DNA of 64,000 nt, from assembly GCA_964630595.1 (NCBI GenBank), contig CAZVVT010000001.1:248575-312574 (forward strand), read 5' to 3'. The translations under genes were made by a program, and so were the position numbers. Below are positions 1-6,877 of this stretch, one piece after another; position 1 is the stretch's first letter; every line of letters starts with the position of its first letter. Origin of the DNA: an uncultured bacterium. GTDB lineage: Bacteria; Chlamydiota; Chlamydiia; Chlamydiales; VFKH01. The notes below the pieces were generated by a model. That model saw nothing but the letters and a program-made list of their open reading frames with translations, did not search any database and was not told the DNA's origin.

Positions 1-422
1 ATCCGCACATTCCCCTACTCAAAGACATCCTTGCCATTGACCGCGGCTCTACCTTCCTCTTCGTTGAAATCAAGTGGAACGCACCCGATCTTCCCGCCCT
101 CTGCGCTGCCGTCCAGAAAGAACTTCAGGGTGTACGCAACATCCAAGTCGGCAGCTTTAGTCCAAAGGTCCTTTCGCTCATGACTGGTTTCCCGCGCTTT
201 GCCATCGCTCACAAGAAGGCGGAATTCGAGGCCTTTACAGAGCCTGTCGATGGCTGGGCGCTGCACCACTGTTGGGCAAACACCCCCGAGGCTGCCCACA
301 TCCTCGCCACCTCCACTCTCTACTACTGGACTGTTGACAAGCCCCTTCTTGCCCGCACGCTGCGCTGTCACGGTCTTGTCACGAACAAGCCGAGAGAGAT
401 GAAAGCAGCTCTTTGTAGGTAG
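1..422 (+). CDS. glycerophosphodiester phosphodiesterase (GDPD family), 5' end cut by window edge
   Basis: Frame 3 is open from the window start: PHIPLLKDILAIDRGSTFLFVEIKW...LYYWTVDKPLLARTLRCHGLVTNKPREM. The VEIK block and the WTVD...G(V/L)xT(N/D)xP C-terminus are typical of GDPD/UgpQ. The ORF track shows only the part after Met180. Confidence 0.6.
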   Translation, partial: PHIPLLKDILAIDRGSTFLFVEIKWNAPDLPALCAAVQKELQGVRNIQVGSFSPKVLSLMTGFPRFAIAHKKAEFEAFTEPVDGWALHHCWANTPEAAHILATSTLYYWTVDKPLLARTLRCHGLVTNKPREMKAALCR

Positions 423-783
423 GAATTCCCGAAGTAAACTCGAGCGTAGAAGCAGCCGCCATCAATGCACCTTCCCCATTGACTAAAGCCATAAAGGGCG
501 CCTTAACAAAAGCATTATAGCCCATCAATTGGCGCTGCATCCCCTCAGTAAAAGGGGCCACTTTACATTCGATTAAGAGAAGAGGACGAGCTGCAGGACC
601 GTAACAAAGAAGATCAACGCGCCGATTGGGCACTTTCATGCCGGGCGCTAGACTTTGTAGCGTCTTCTCTACAACAATGAGATGCTTAGGGAAGCCCAGT
701 TCCACCAACCGATCGAACCAGGCTTGCCGAACAATTTCTTCAGGCCTTTTTTCAGACAGGCTCGACAACTCCAAAATTCCCAT
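379..783 (-). CDS. PD-(D/E)xK fold protein, type I restriction enzyme R N-terminal domain-like (HSDR_N family)
   Basis: 134 aa. The RRVDLLCY...PLLLIECK motif (D...E-x-K) is typical of HSDR_N-like small nuclease-fold proteins. Its start overlaps the hpf stop by 32 nt on the same strand. Confidence 0.5.
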   Translation of the reverse strand: MGILELSSLSEKRPEEIVRQAWFDRLVELGFPKHLIVVEKTLQSLAPGMKVPNRRVDLLCYGPAARPLLLIECKVAPFTEGMQRQLMGYNAFVKAPFMALVNGEGALMAAASTLEFTSGIPTYKELLSSLSACS

Positions 784-1342
784 CGGGTAGTCGATAAATG
801 ACCTTCACCTTCTGATCCTCTTCACCTTTAAAGATCATGAAGGGGTTCGAACTCAATTCCATTTTCATAATCGCCTCAGACAGCATCAGTGTCTTAAGCG
901 GCTTCTTCTCTCTACGAATCACTTCGTGCAGTTGGAATCTCTTCGCATTTTCTGCGTCGATCTCCTCATTGAATTCATCCACTGGGTTTTTATATACGCT
1001 GACTTCCATTTGGCGCTCCTCATGGGTTTTTGCGTGATGTTGACGAATCCGCTCATGCCAACGCGACAGCAAGACTTTCAGCTTGCCTGTAGCAAGATCA
1101 ATGGCTGCATACATATCATCTGCTTCGGCATGCACCTTGGCATCAAAACGCTCAAAATGAATGTCAATGTTCACTGTCTTCATAGCGCGCTGGCTGTCCA
1201 GCGTAACGTGAACATCTACGATGTGATCGGTGAAGCGATCCATCTTGGCAATCTTCGTCGTCACATAGTCCCGAAGGGCATCTGTGATCGCCATGTGTCT
1301 GCAATGTACTTGAACGTTGAATGAGGGAGAGAGTGTCTTCAT
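752..1342 (-). CDS. hpf: ribosome hibernation promoting factor, long form
   Basis: N-terminal S30AE domain (HMAITDALRDYVTTKIAKMDRF...VNIDIHF...AEADDMYAAIDLA) plus the C-terminal dimerisation domain (KPLKTLMLSEAIMKMELSSNPFMIFKGEE...VIYRLPDGNFGVVEP). I chose the start at Met13 (1342) because the longer ORF runs into tRNA-Arg. Confidence 0.85.
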   Translation of the reverse strand: MKTLSPSFNVQVHCRHMAITDALRDYVTTKIAKMDRFTDHIVDVHVTLDSQRAMKTVNIDIHFERFDAKVHAEADDMYAAIDLATGKLKVLLSRWHERIRQHHAKTHEERQMEVSVYKNPVDEFNEEIDAENAKRFQLHEVIRREKKPLKTLMLSEAIMKMELSSNPFMIFKGEEDQKVKVIYRLPDGNFGVVEPV

Positions 1343-1373
1343 GCAAACAAATATTGCACGAGAGCCATTTATT

Positions 1374-1447
1374 TGCACCGAAGAGGACTTGAACCTCTAA
1401 CCACCTGGTTCGAAGCCAGGTACTCTATCCGATTGAGCTATCGGTGC
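1374..1447 (-). tRNA. tRNA-Arg (anticodon TCG)
   Basis: Hand-folded 74-nt cloverleaf. Acceptor GCACCGA/TCGGTGC, anticodon arm CCTGG-CTTCGAA-CCAGG, T arm AGAGG-TTCAAGT-CCTCT. CCA is not encoded. Confidence 0.85.
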
Positions 1448-1460
1448 GAAAACGGGCACC

Positions 1461-1490
1461 ATTCTAGTGATCTTCCACCCACAAATGCAA
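1461..1490 (-). promoter_or_regulatory. sigma70/66-like promoter for tRNA-Arg
   Basis: The minus strand reads TTGCAT, an 18-nt spacer, then TAGAAT. The -10 ends 13 nt upstream of the mature tRNA 5' end. Confidence 0.4.
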
Positions 1491-1513
1491 GAGCTAGATA
1501 GAATACTGTCACG

Positions 1514-2155
1514 ATGTTAGAAACCGTTGTTGGCATTCCTCTGAAGAGCTCCCCTTTTCAAGAAAATAACCTTTTGGTCTCCATGCTCACTAAAGAGCAT
1601 GGCCTCATCACTCTTTTTTTGAACTCGCCTAAACAGACGCTTCTGCCTTTTTCTACTGTGGAATGCGTGCTCTCCAAAGGCAAAAGTGACCTTTATTATG
1701 TGCGTGAAGCAAAGCTACTGCATCCCTCTCCACAAGCACCCACGTGGGAAGTGGCCACTGCTTGCACAACGATGAGAGAGCTGCTCTTATCGCTTCCCGA
1801 AGCCACACGTGATGCGCGCGTCTTTCTTCTCCTCGCAGCAATTGTGCAGCATCTGCACCTGGCCTCCAAGCCGCAGCTGCTTGCCACCGCTTTCTGCCTA
1901 AAAGTCATTGCCCATGAAGGGCTGATCACAGACGAGCGAAAGTGCCCACAATGCAGCGGCGAGGGACTTCACTTTGCCGACGGAGAATTTAGCTGCAGCA
2001 AACATGCCGCACAGTGGGCCATTGCATTCACAAAAGAGGAGGCGGAGTTGATGGATGTGATGTTGAATTCGCGCAATTTGGCAGAGATCGATTCACTCGC
2101 TGCCGAAGCGCCTTTACTGCTCAAACTGCAGATGCTTGCGAAAGGGGGGACTTGA
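1514..2155 (+). CDS. recO: DNA repair protein RecO
   Basis: 213 aa. N-terminal OB-like region (VVGIPLKSSPFQENNLLVSMLTKEHGLITLF) and a zinc-finger-like block, CPQCSGEG...FSCSKH. The last 19 nt overlap tRNA-Leu on the opposite strand. Confidence 0.7.
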   Translation: MLETVVGIPLKSSPFQENNLLVSMLTKEHGLITLFLNSPKQTLLPFSTVECVLSKGKSDLYYVREAKLLHPSPQAPTWEVATACTTMRELLLSLPEATRDARVFLLLAAIVQHLHLASKPQLLATAFCLKVIAHEGLITDERKCPQCSGEGLHFADGEFSCSKHAAQWAIAFTKEEAELMDVMLNSRNLAEIDSLAAEAPLLLKLQMLAKGGT

Positions 2156-2220
2156 ACCCCCACGAGATTTCTCTCACTACCACCTCAAAGTAGCGCGTAT
2201 ACCAATTCCGCCACTTCCGC
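2137..2220 (-). tRNA. tRNA-Leu (anticodon GAG), type II with long variable arm
   Basis: Hand-folded, 84 nt. Acceptor GCGGAAG/CTTTCGC (one G-U pair), anticodon arm CTACT-TTGAGGT-GGTAG, T arm GGGGG-TTCAAGT-CCCCC. Confidence 0.8.
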
Positions 2221-2242
2221 ACAAAGAAGCAAAAATCCTATC

Positions 2243-2737
2243 ATGGTCGGCGCATATATGTACACCCCCATCATCGGCACTCTCGGCTATATTTTCGATC
2301 AGGGGCGTATCCTCATGGTCCACCGCAATAAGCGCGTAGGCGACACTCACTTCGGCAAATACAATGGCCTAGGCGGCAAGATGGAGCCCACCGAAGACGT
2401 CGTCTCCTGCATCCGCAGAGAGATCCTCGAAGAGGCGGGCGTCACGATCGAAGCGATGACGCTGCGCGGCACGGTCAATTGGACTGGCTTCGGCCCTCAG
2501 GGGCAGGATTGGCTGGGCTTTATCTTCCTCATCACGCGCATCAGCGGCAGCACCTTCACCGAAAACGCGGAGGGCACATTAGAATGGATCCCTCTCGCAC
2601 AAATTCCCTCTCTACCGATGTGGGAGGGCGACCGCCACTTTCTTCCTCTGCTCTTTGACAGCGATCCAAGAGCCTTCCACGGGCTGATGCCCTACAAAAA
2701 TGGCCAACCCCAGAGCTGGAGCTACACGCGCCTATGA
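2243..2737 (+). CDS. NUDIX hydrolase (MutT-like)
   Basis: Nudix box GGKMEPTEDVVSCIRREILEEAGV (GX5EX7REUXEEXGU). Its stop overlaps the next start as ATGA. An alternative start lies at 2258. Confidence 0.8.
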   Translation: MVGAYMYTPIIGTLGYIFDQGRILMVHRNKRVGDTHFGKYNGLGGKMEPTEDVVSCIRREILEEAGVTIEAMTLRGTVNWTGFGPQGQDWLGFIFLITRISGSTFTENAEGTLEWIPLAQIPSLPMWEGDRHFLPLLFDSDPRAFHGLMPYKNGQPQSWSYTRL

Positions 2738-3882
2738 ACAAATTTTTGACTGCCGTTTTCTTCATCACGGGCAGCTGCATCGGCGCCGGCATGCTGGGCA
2801 TGCCCCTCATTTCCTTTGACGTCGGCTTTCCCCTGACCGTAGCGCTCTTTTTCGTCGCCTTCGGCTACATGATCTGCACCGCCCTTCTTCTCACCGAGGT
2901 CTCCTACCACTTTGATGCAAAGGTCAGCTTCGTCATGATGATCGAACGGCTGCTGGGCAAAAAAGCGCGCACCTTCTGCTCAATCTTCTTCTTCTTCCTG
3001 ATGTACGCCGTGCTCACCGCCTACACCATCGGCGCCGCGGCTTCTGTAGATGACTTTCTCTCTCCTTGGCTGACCCAAAAGCAATCGATGTTTGCCATGA
3101 CCGCCCTCTTCGGCCTCGCTCTCTTTGTAGGAACGCATGCACTCGACCTCCTCAACCGCCTCCTGCTCGTCATTCTCGGCGCCTCCTATTTCGCCCTCGT
3201 CCTGGCCGGTCTGCCCCATGTGGAACTGCGTAATCTGGCCCATGTGAACCTCCACAGCTCGCTCTTCACTCTGCCCATCCTGATCTTCGCTTTCACCTAC
3301 CACAACCTCATCCCCTCCCTGCGCAACCTCCTCTCCTCTCAAAAAGCGATTCGCAACGCCGTCATTGCCGGAGCCCTCATCCCTCTCTTTGTCTACCTGC
3401 TCTGGGAGTACCTCCTCCTGGGCATCCTTCCTCAGTCTCAGGCCAGTGAAATCCGCGCGCTCATCGCCCAAGGAACGCTGATTGGCGACATCTTGCGCAC
3501 CATCACCGCTTCCTCCTGGATCGTCATCCCCGTGCAGATCTTCACCTTCTGCGCCATCGCCACCTCCTACATCGCCAACTCCCTGAGCATGGTCGACCTC
3601 TTCAAAAACCACTTCCGTTACCACCGCGTGATCCTTGTGCTGGCCGTCGTCATCCCACCCCTCCTCATCGCCTACTCCTACCCAGACATCTTCCTCTCCG
3701 CCCTCTCCGCCGCAGGTGCCTACGGCATCATCGTTCTCTTTGGACTCGTTCCCATCGCTATGGCGTGGAAGCTGCGCCAACGACATCCCGAAAATCGACG
3801 CCTTCTTCCCGGTGGCAAGCTGATACTTGCTCTTTTAATTCTCTTTTCTCTCACTGTAATTACGGTGGAAATAATCCGATGA
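2734..3882 (+). CDS. tyrP: aromatic amino acid (Tyr/Trp) permease, TyrP/Mtr family
   Basis: 382 aa and polytopic. The N-terminal signature FFITGSCIGAGMLGMPL is typical of the hydroxy/aromatic amino acid permease family, which is present in chlamydiae. Confidence 0.75.
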   Translation: MNKFLTAVFFITGSCIGAGMLGMPLISFDVGFPLTVALFFVAFGYMICTALLLTEVSYHFDAKVSFVMMIERLLGKKARTFCSIFFFFLMYAVLTAYTIGAAASVDDFLSPWLTQKQSMFAMTALFGLALFVGTHALDLLNRLLLVILGASYFALVLAGLPHVELRNLAHVNLHSSLFTLPILIFAFTYHNLIPSLRNLLSSQKAIRNAVIAGALIPLFVYLLWEYLLLGILPQSQASEIRALIAQGTLIGDILRTITASSWIVIPVQIFTFCAIATSYIANSLSMVDLFKNHFRYHRVILVLAVVIPPLLIAYSYPDIFLSALSAAGAYGIIVLFGLVPIAMAWKLRQRHPENRRLLPGGKLILALLILFSLTVITVEIIR

Positions 3883-3916
3883 TTAATGCTATAATAACTC
3901 CCTAACGGGAGGTATT

Positions 3917-5413
3917 ATGACAAATACGAACCTGCTCTTCGAAAGAATCGAGCCTCCTCGCACAACCGCCGAAACAAGCCCCGCCTCCACCTACCTACTC
4001 ACCTCTAAAGGGCTAAAGACCAATGCTTTACTAGTAACTCAGACAGCCCTTGCGATCCTTTCGCAAGTCCCTATTATTAAGCCGGTTACGACCATTATCA
4101 AGAGTGTTGTTGCGCTCGGCTCTTCCCTCTACTCCAGTTACGCTAACCGCACACGCACCATCGATCTCGCGCTCTCCATTGCCGCCGTCGGTCTTACTGC
4201 TTTAGGTCTTGCTGCCGTGATCACAGCGGCCCCGGCCGTGCTCATCGCTGCAACGCTATACGAAGCCGCTCTACAGTTCACCACTGCAGCACAGCTTCTC
4301 CACAAAAAAGACTATAAAGGTGCAGCCATCGCCCTCAGCTTCGCCCTTGCCGCAACGCTCTCTGCCGCCGCTATGCTCTCGGGGTGCTTTCCCGTCACCA
4401 TCGCCGCTACAGCACTGGGACTCGCTGTGACTCTCGGTGTTGCCGCTAAAGCGATTGCCGAGAAAAAGCCTCTCCAAGCCGCCTGCTACCTCGCTATGAG
4501 CGGATGCCAGGCCTATACGCTGGCTACCCAAGTCACTCAATACCGAAGTTTTGTTGCACGACGTGCTGAGCAAATCGAGCTCAAGCGTAAATGGGAGCAA
4601 TTGCTGCGAGAACTCGAAACACGTAAAAAAACTCTCGACGGTCATCAAGAGCATTGGCAGTTCCGCTCCGACCACCTTCCTGTCGGCTTTGTCTACAAAG
4701 ACCACAAGATCATCTCTTGGAACGTCTGCAACAGCAACTCCCTCGACTGGCTCAAAGGAATGGGGCTCGACAAGTCGCTGATCGCCCAAGAAAACATTGT
4801 GATTGGAAGTGATGGATTGACCGTTCGCGATCACATGATTGCCAAAGAGGTGGTCTCTATGCTTGCAGCAGGAGCGGATGTCGTAGCGCTACAAGAATGC
4901 GGCTGGGCTTTCGTCGATGACCTCAAAAAACTCCTTCCTGAGAATATCCAACTCGCTATCACCACACACGATCGCAAGCGCTATGACGATATGAACGTGA
5001 CGCTTTTCGACTCTACCAAGCTCCACCTCAAAGAAACCTCTTCTCCAGAAATCTTCTCTTCTTCTCCAGGCCGCCTAGTCCTGCGCACTGCCTTTGATGA
5101 GTTTTCCCTCGTCAATGTCCACGTCCCCGGAAACCCTAAAGCTCCCGGCATCGACAACCTCTCCCGTTTCATGGCAACACACGACGATAACATCGCCATC
5201 GGCGACATGAACTTCGGTCCTTGGGAAGCAAGTCAACCTCTGCAAGGCAGTCGCCTTTGGCCCATTGCTGCCTACCCCACTCATGGCGGCGAGCCTCAAC
5301 ACCCCCGAGACACTACTGTGCTCGACTGGGCCATGTCTGACGTTCCCTTACGAGCTCTTACCCCTGACGAAGTCCTACCCGGTCTCTCCGAAACGGTGCG
5401 ACTTCTTGCCTAA
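3917..5413 (+). CDS. membrane-anchored endonuclease/exonuclease/phosphatase (EEP) family protein with Inc-like bilobed hydrophobic N-terminus
   Basis: A strong SD (GGGAGG) sits 7 nt upstream. Two 35-45 aa Ala/Leu/Thr-rich hydrophobic blocks occupy aa ~84-185, followed by a coiled coil (RRAEQIELKRKWEQLLRELETRKKTL). EEP motifs follow: ISWNV, VVALQE, LVNVHVPGN, IAIGDMNF, VLDWAMSD. Confidence 0.65.
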   Translation: MTNTNLLFERIEPPRTTAETSPASTYLLTSKGLKTNALLVTQTALAILSQVPIIKPVTTIIKSVVALGSSLYSSYANRTRTIDLALSIAAVGLTALGLAAVITAAPAVLIAATLYEAALQFTTAAQLLHKKDYKGAAIALSFALAATLSAAAMLSGCFPVTIAATALGLAVTLGVAAKAIAEKKPLQAACYLAMSGCQAYTLATQVTQYRSFVARRAEQIELKRKWEQLLRELETRKKTLDGHQEHWQFRSDHLPVGFVYKDHKIISWNVCNSNSLDWLKGMGLDKSLIAQENIVIGSDGLTVRDHMIAKEVVSMLAAGADVVALQECGWAFVDDLKKLLPENIQLAITTHDRKRYDDMNVTLFDSTKLHLKETSSPEIFSSSPGRLVLRTAFDEFSLVNVHVPGNPKAPGIDNLSRFMATHDDNIAIGDMNFGPWEASQPLQGSRLWPIAAYPTHGGEPQHPRDTTVLDWAMSDVPLRALTPDEVLPGLSETVRLLA

Positions 5414-5467
5414 AGCCGGATTTCGATAGTGCTCAACATGTAATGCTCGAAACATTACAAACCTAAG

Positions 5468-5570
5468 AAAGAGGATCCTCTTTGACTCAAGGGGCGCTGC
5501 TGGCAAACGAAGTTTGCCACCTGCCAAAGGCAGGAACTGCCTGCGAATGCAGGCAGTTGCAGCGCCCTTT
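5468..5570. repeat. cluster of nested palindromes/hairpins (REP-like or structured RNA)
   Basis: A 16-nt perfect palindrome, AAAGAGGATCCTCTTT, lies at 5468-5483. The stem GGGCGCTGC (5492-5500) / GCAGCGCCC (5559-5567) encloses three hairpins: 5501-5519, 5521-5541 and 5536-5557. Confidence 0.6.
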
Positions 5571-5599
5571 AGCCTCATCTTGCTTGATATTCTCCGTGT

Positions 5600-5661
5600 G
5601 CTCTGTGATCTCTGTGGTTATTTTTTTACATGATTTTTTTAAACCACAGAGATCACAGAGC
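5600..5661. repeat. 20-bp perfect inverted repeat built from 9-mer iterons around a 22-nt AT-rich spacer
   Basis: GCTCTGTGATCTCTGTGGTT (5600-5619) is the exact reverse complement of AACCACAGAGATCACAGAGC (5642-5661). The right side reads CACAGAGAT-CACAGAGCT-CACAGAG. The spacer is ATTTTTTTACATGATTTTTTTA. Confidence 0.8.
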
Positions 5662-5777
5662 TCACAGAGAAAAAGAAGCTGATGCTCTTACTGCAAAAGT
5701 CAAGGGAGCTCATCATGTCTTTGGATATGCTCCAAATGAGCTTAGCATTACATGTTTTGCGCTACCCGAATTTCCCC

Positions 5778-5807
5778 TTGTCATTCGACCAAAGCATCCG
5801 TTATAAA
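5778..5807 (+). promoter_or_regulatory. sigma70/66-like promoter (TTGTCA-N18-TATAAA) directly upstream of the SAHH-like gene
   Basis: TTGTCA lies at 5778-5783 and TATAAA at 5802-5807. The ATG at 5819 is only 11 nt after the -10 and no SD is visible. A near-identical extended motif recurs at 6838-6880. Confidence 0.4.
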
Positions 5808-5818
5808 TTTTTGGTTTA

Positions 5819-6865
5819 ATGAAACGTTTTCCCGAAGGATGGGCCTCCCATCCCCCATCTCAAGTACCCTTCTTACTTCGCCAGTGGGATGACTTTGCAC
5901 AAAGAGCCCCCCTCTCCGGCGTGCGCATTTTGCATAACACCCCTCTTTCGTTAGAGACGCTCATCAAACTCGATGTTCTTATCGCCTCTGGTGCTGAAGT
6001 TGCCGTTGTCGCCAACCAGACGATTCATCCTGCAACGGAAGCCATTGCAGTCAAAGCCATCCGCCGCGAGGGCCTGCCTTTTTTTGCTTCTGCGCGCGAG
6101 GTTTCGGGCACTTGGGACATTGCTCTGGACTGCAGCGGTAAACTTGCCGATGTGCCGGTAACGCGAGGGTTTGTCGAGCTCACGGGCTCAGGGACGCATC
6201 TATGGCAAAAACGCACGCCCGTCAAACCCGTAGTTTCTGTGGACTTGTCGCCCATTAAAACATTGGAAACCAGCCTAGGCACTGCCGATGGCGCTCTGCG
6301 CGCACTGGCGCTGCACACACCGTTGAAAGAGCGCTCCGTCATCATCTTTGGCTTTGGCAAGGTAGGCAAAGGCCTGGCAAAAGTGCTGCACAATGCTGGT
6401 GCCAAAGTAACAGTTGTTGACGCCAATCCGATCAGCTACGCCTCTTCGCCCTATCCCGCGTTTTCCATGAACGATTCCCGACTCTCTCCCATCATTGCCG
6501 GCGCGGACATTGCCCTTACTGCAACAGGCGTTAAGGACGCGATATCAGCCTCTTTTTCTCCCTCCCTCTTCAGAGGGAAAATCCTCGCCAACCTCGGCGC
6601 TGAAGACGAATGGGGCCCCGCTTTTTCTTCCGAGGAAGTTCTGAATGGCAAAGAAGCGCTCAATTTTTCCCTCCCCGACCCCACTCCCATGCGCTACCTC
6701 GACCCCTCTTTCTTTGCCCATAATCAGGCGGCCCTCTGGCTTTCCAATCTGTCCCCTGGCCTGCACGCCCCCTCCCCTCTTTTCGACGCCGAAGTTCTCT
6801 CTACCTGGACAAAACTCTTTAATGAGCCCCTCCCAGTCGATTTTCCCTTGTCATTAGGTCTCTGA
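5819..6865 (+). CDS. S-adenosyl-L-homocysteine hydrolase-like NAD-binding protein (divergent, short paralogue)
   Basis: 348 aa, collinear with SAHH blocks: PLSGVRILHNTPLSLETLIKLDVLIASGAEVAVVA; WDIALDCSGKL; ELTGSGTHL; PVVSVDLSPIKT...LGTADG; the Rossmann motif VIIFGFGKVGKGLAKVLHNAGAKVTVVDANPI; and IALTATGVKD...ILANLG. Several canonical catalytic blocks are replaced. Confidence 0.6.
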   Translation: MKRFPEGWASHPPSQVPFLLRQWDDFAQRAPLSGVRILHNTPLSLETLIKLDVLIASGAEVAVVANQTIHPATEAIAVKAIRREGLPFFASAREVSGTWDIALDCSGKLADVPVTRGFVELTGSGTHLWQKRTPVKPVVSVDLSPIKTLETSLGTADGALRALALHTPLKERSVIIFGFGKVGKGLAKVLHNAGAKVTVVDANPISYASSPYPAFSMNDSRLSPIIAGADIALTATGVKDAISASFSPSLFRGKILANLGAEDEWGPAFSSEEVLNGKEALNFSLPDPTPMRYLDPSFFAHNQAALWLSNLSPGLHAPSPLFDAEVLSTWTKLFNEPLPVDFPLSLGL

Positions 6866-6877
6866 ATAGGCTATAAA
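6848..6877 (+). promoter_or_regulatory. sigma70/66-like promoter for the tRNA-Thr/tRNA-Tyr pair
   Basis: TTGTCA lies at 6848-6853 and TATAAA at 6872-6877, with an 18-nt spacer. The -10 ends 15 nt before tRNA-Thr. The motif sits within the 3' end of the preceding CDS. Confidence 0.5.

Noticed and set aside
2137-2155. The recO stop region overlaps the 3' end of tRNA-Leu by 19 nt on the opposite strand. Likewise, the long form of the hpf ORF reaches into tRNA-Arg.
   Set aside because: For hpf, an internal Met (1342) removes the overlap. For recO, the overlap is real in sequence but involves only five non-conserved C-terminal residues. It is probably tolerated read-on rather than a functional feature.
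5600-5670. Whether the short CACAGAG repeats are a CRISPR array.
   Set aside because: The units are 9 nt and directly abutting, with no spacers. They are arranged as an inverted pair, and there are no cas genes. This is not CRISPR architecture.
5729-5744. The 13-mer CCAAATGAGCTTA is shared between 5732-5744 and 47461-47473.
   Set aside because: Exact 13-mer matches are expected by chance many times when a 64-kb window is compared with itself on both strands. The flanks do not align.
5715-5819. A 34-codon ORF (MSLDMLQMSLALHVLRYPNFPLSFDQSIRYKFLV) with GGGAG upstream and a TAATG junction to the SAHH-like gene.
   Set aside because: It runs straight through the TTGTCA-N18-TATAAA promoter motif and the right terminal inverted repeat. 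It is AT-rich with atypical codon usage. I cannot exclude it but consider it less likely than the promoter reading.
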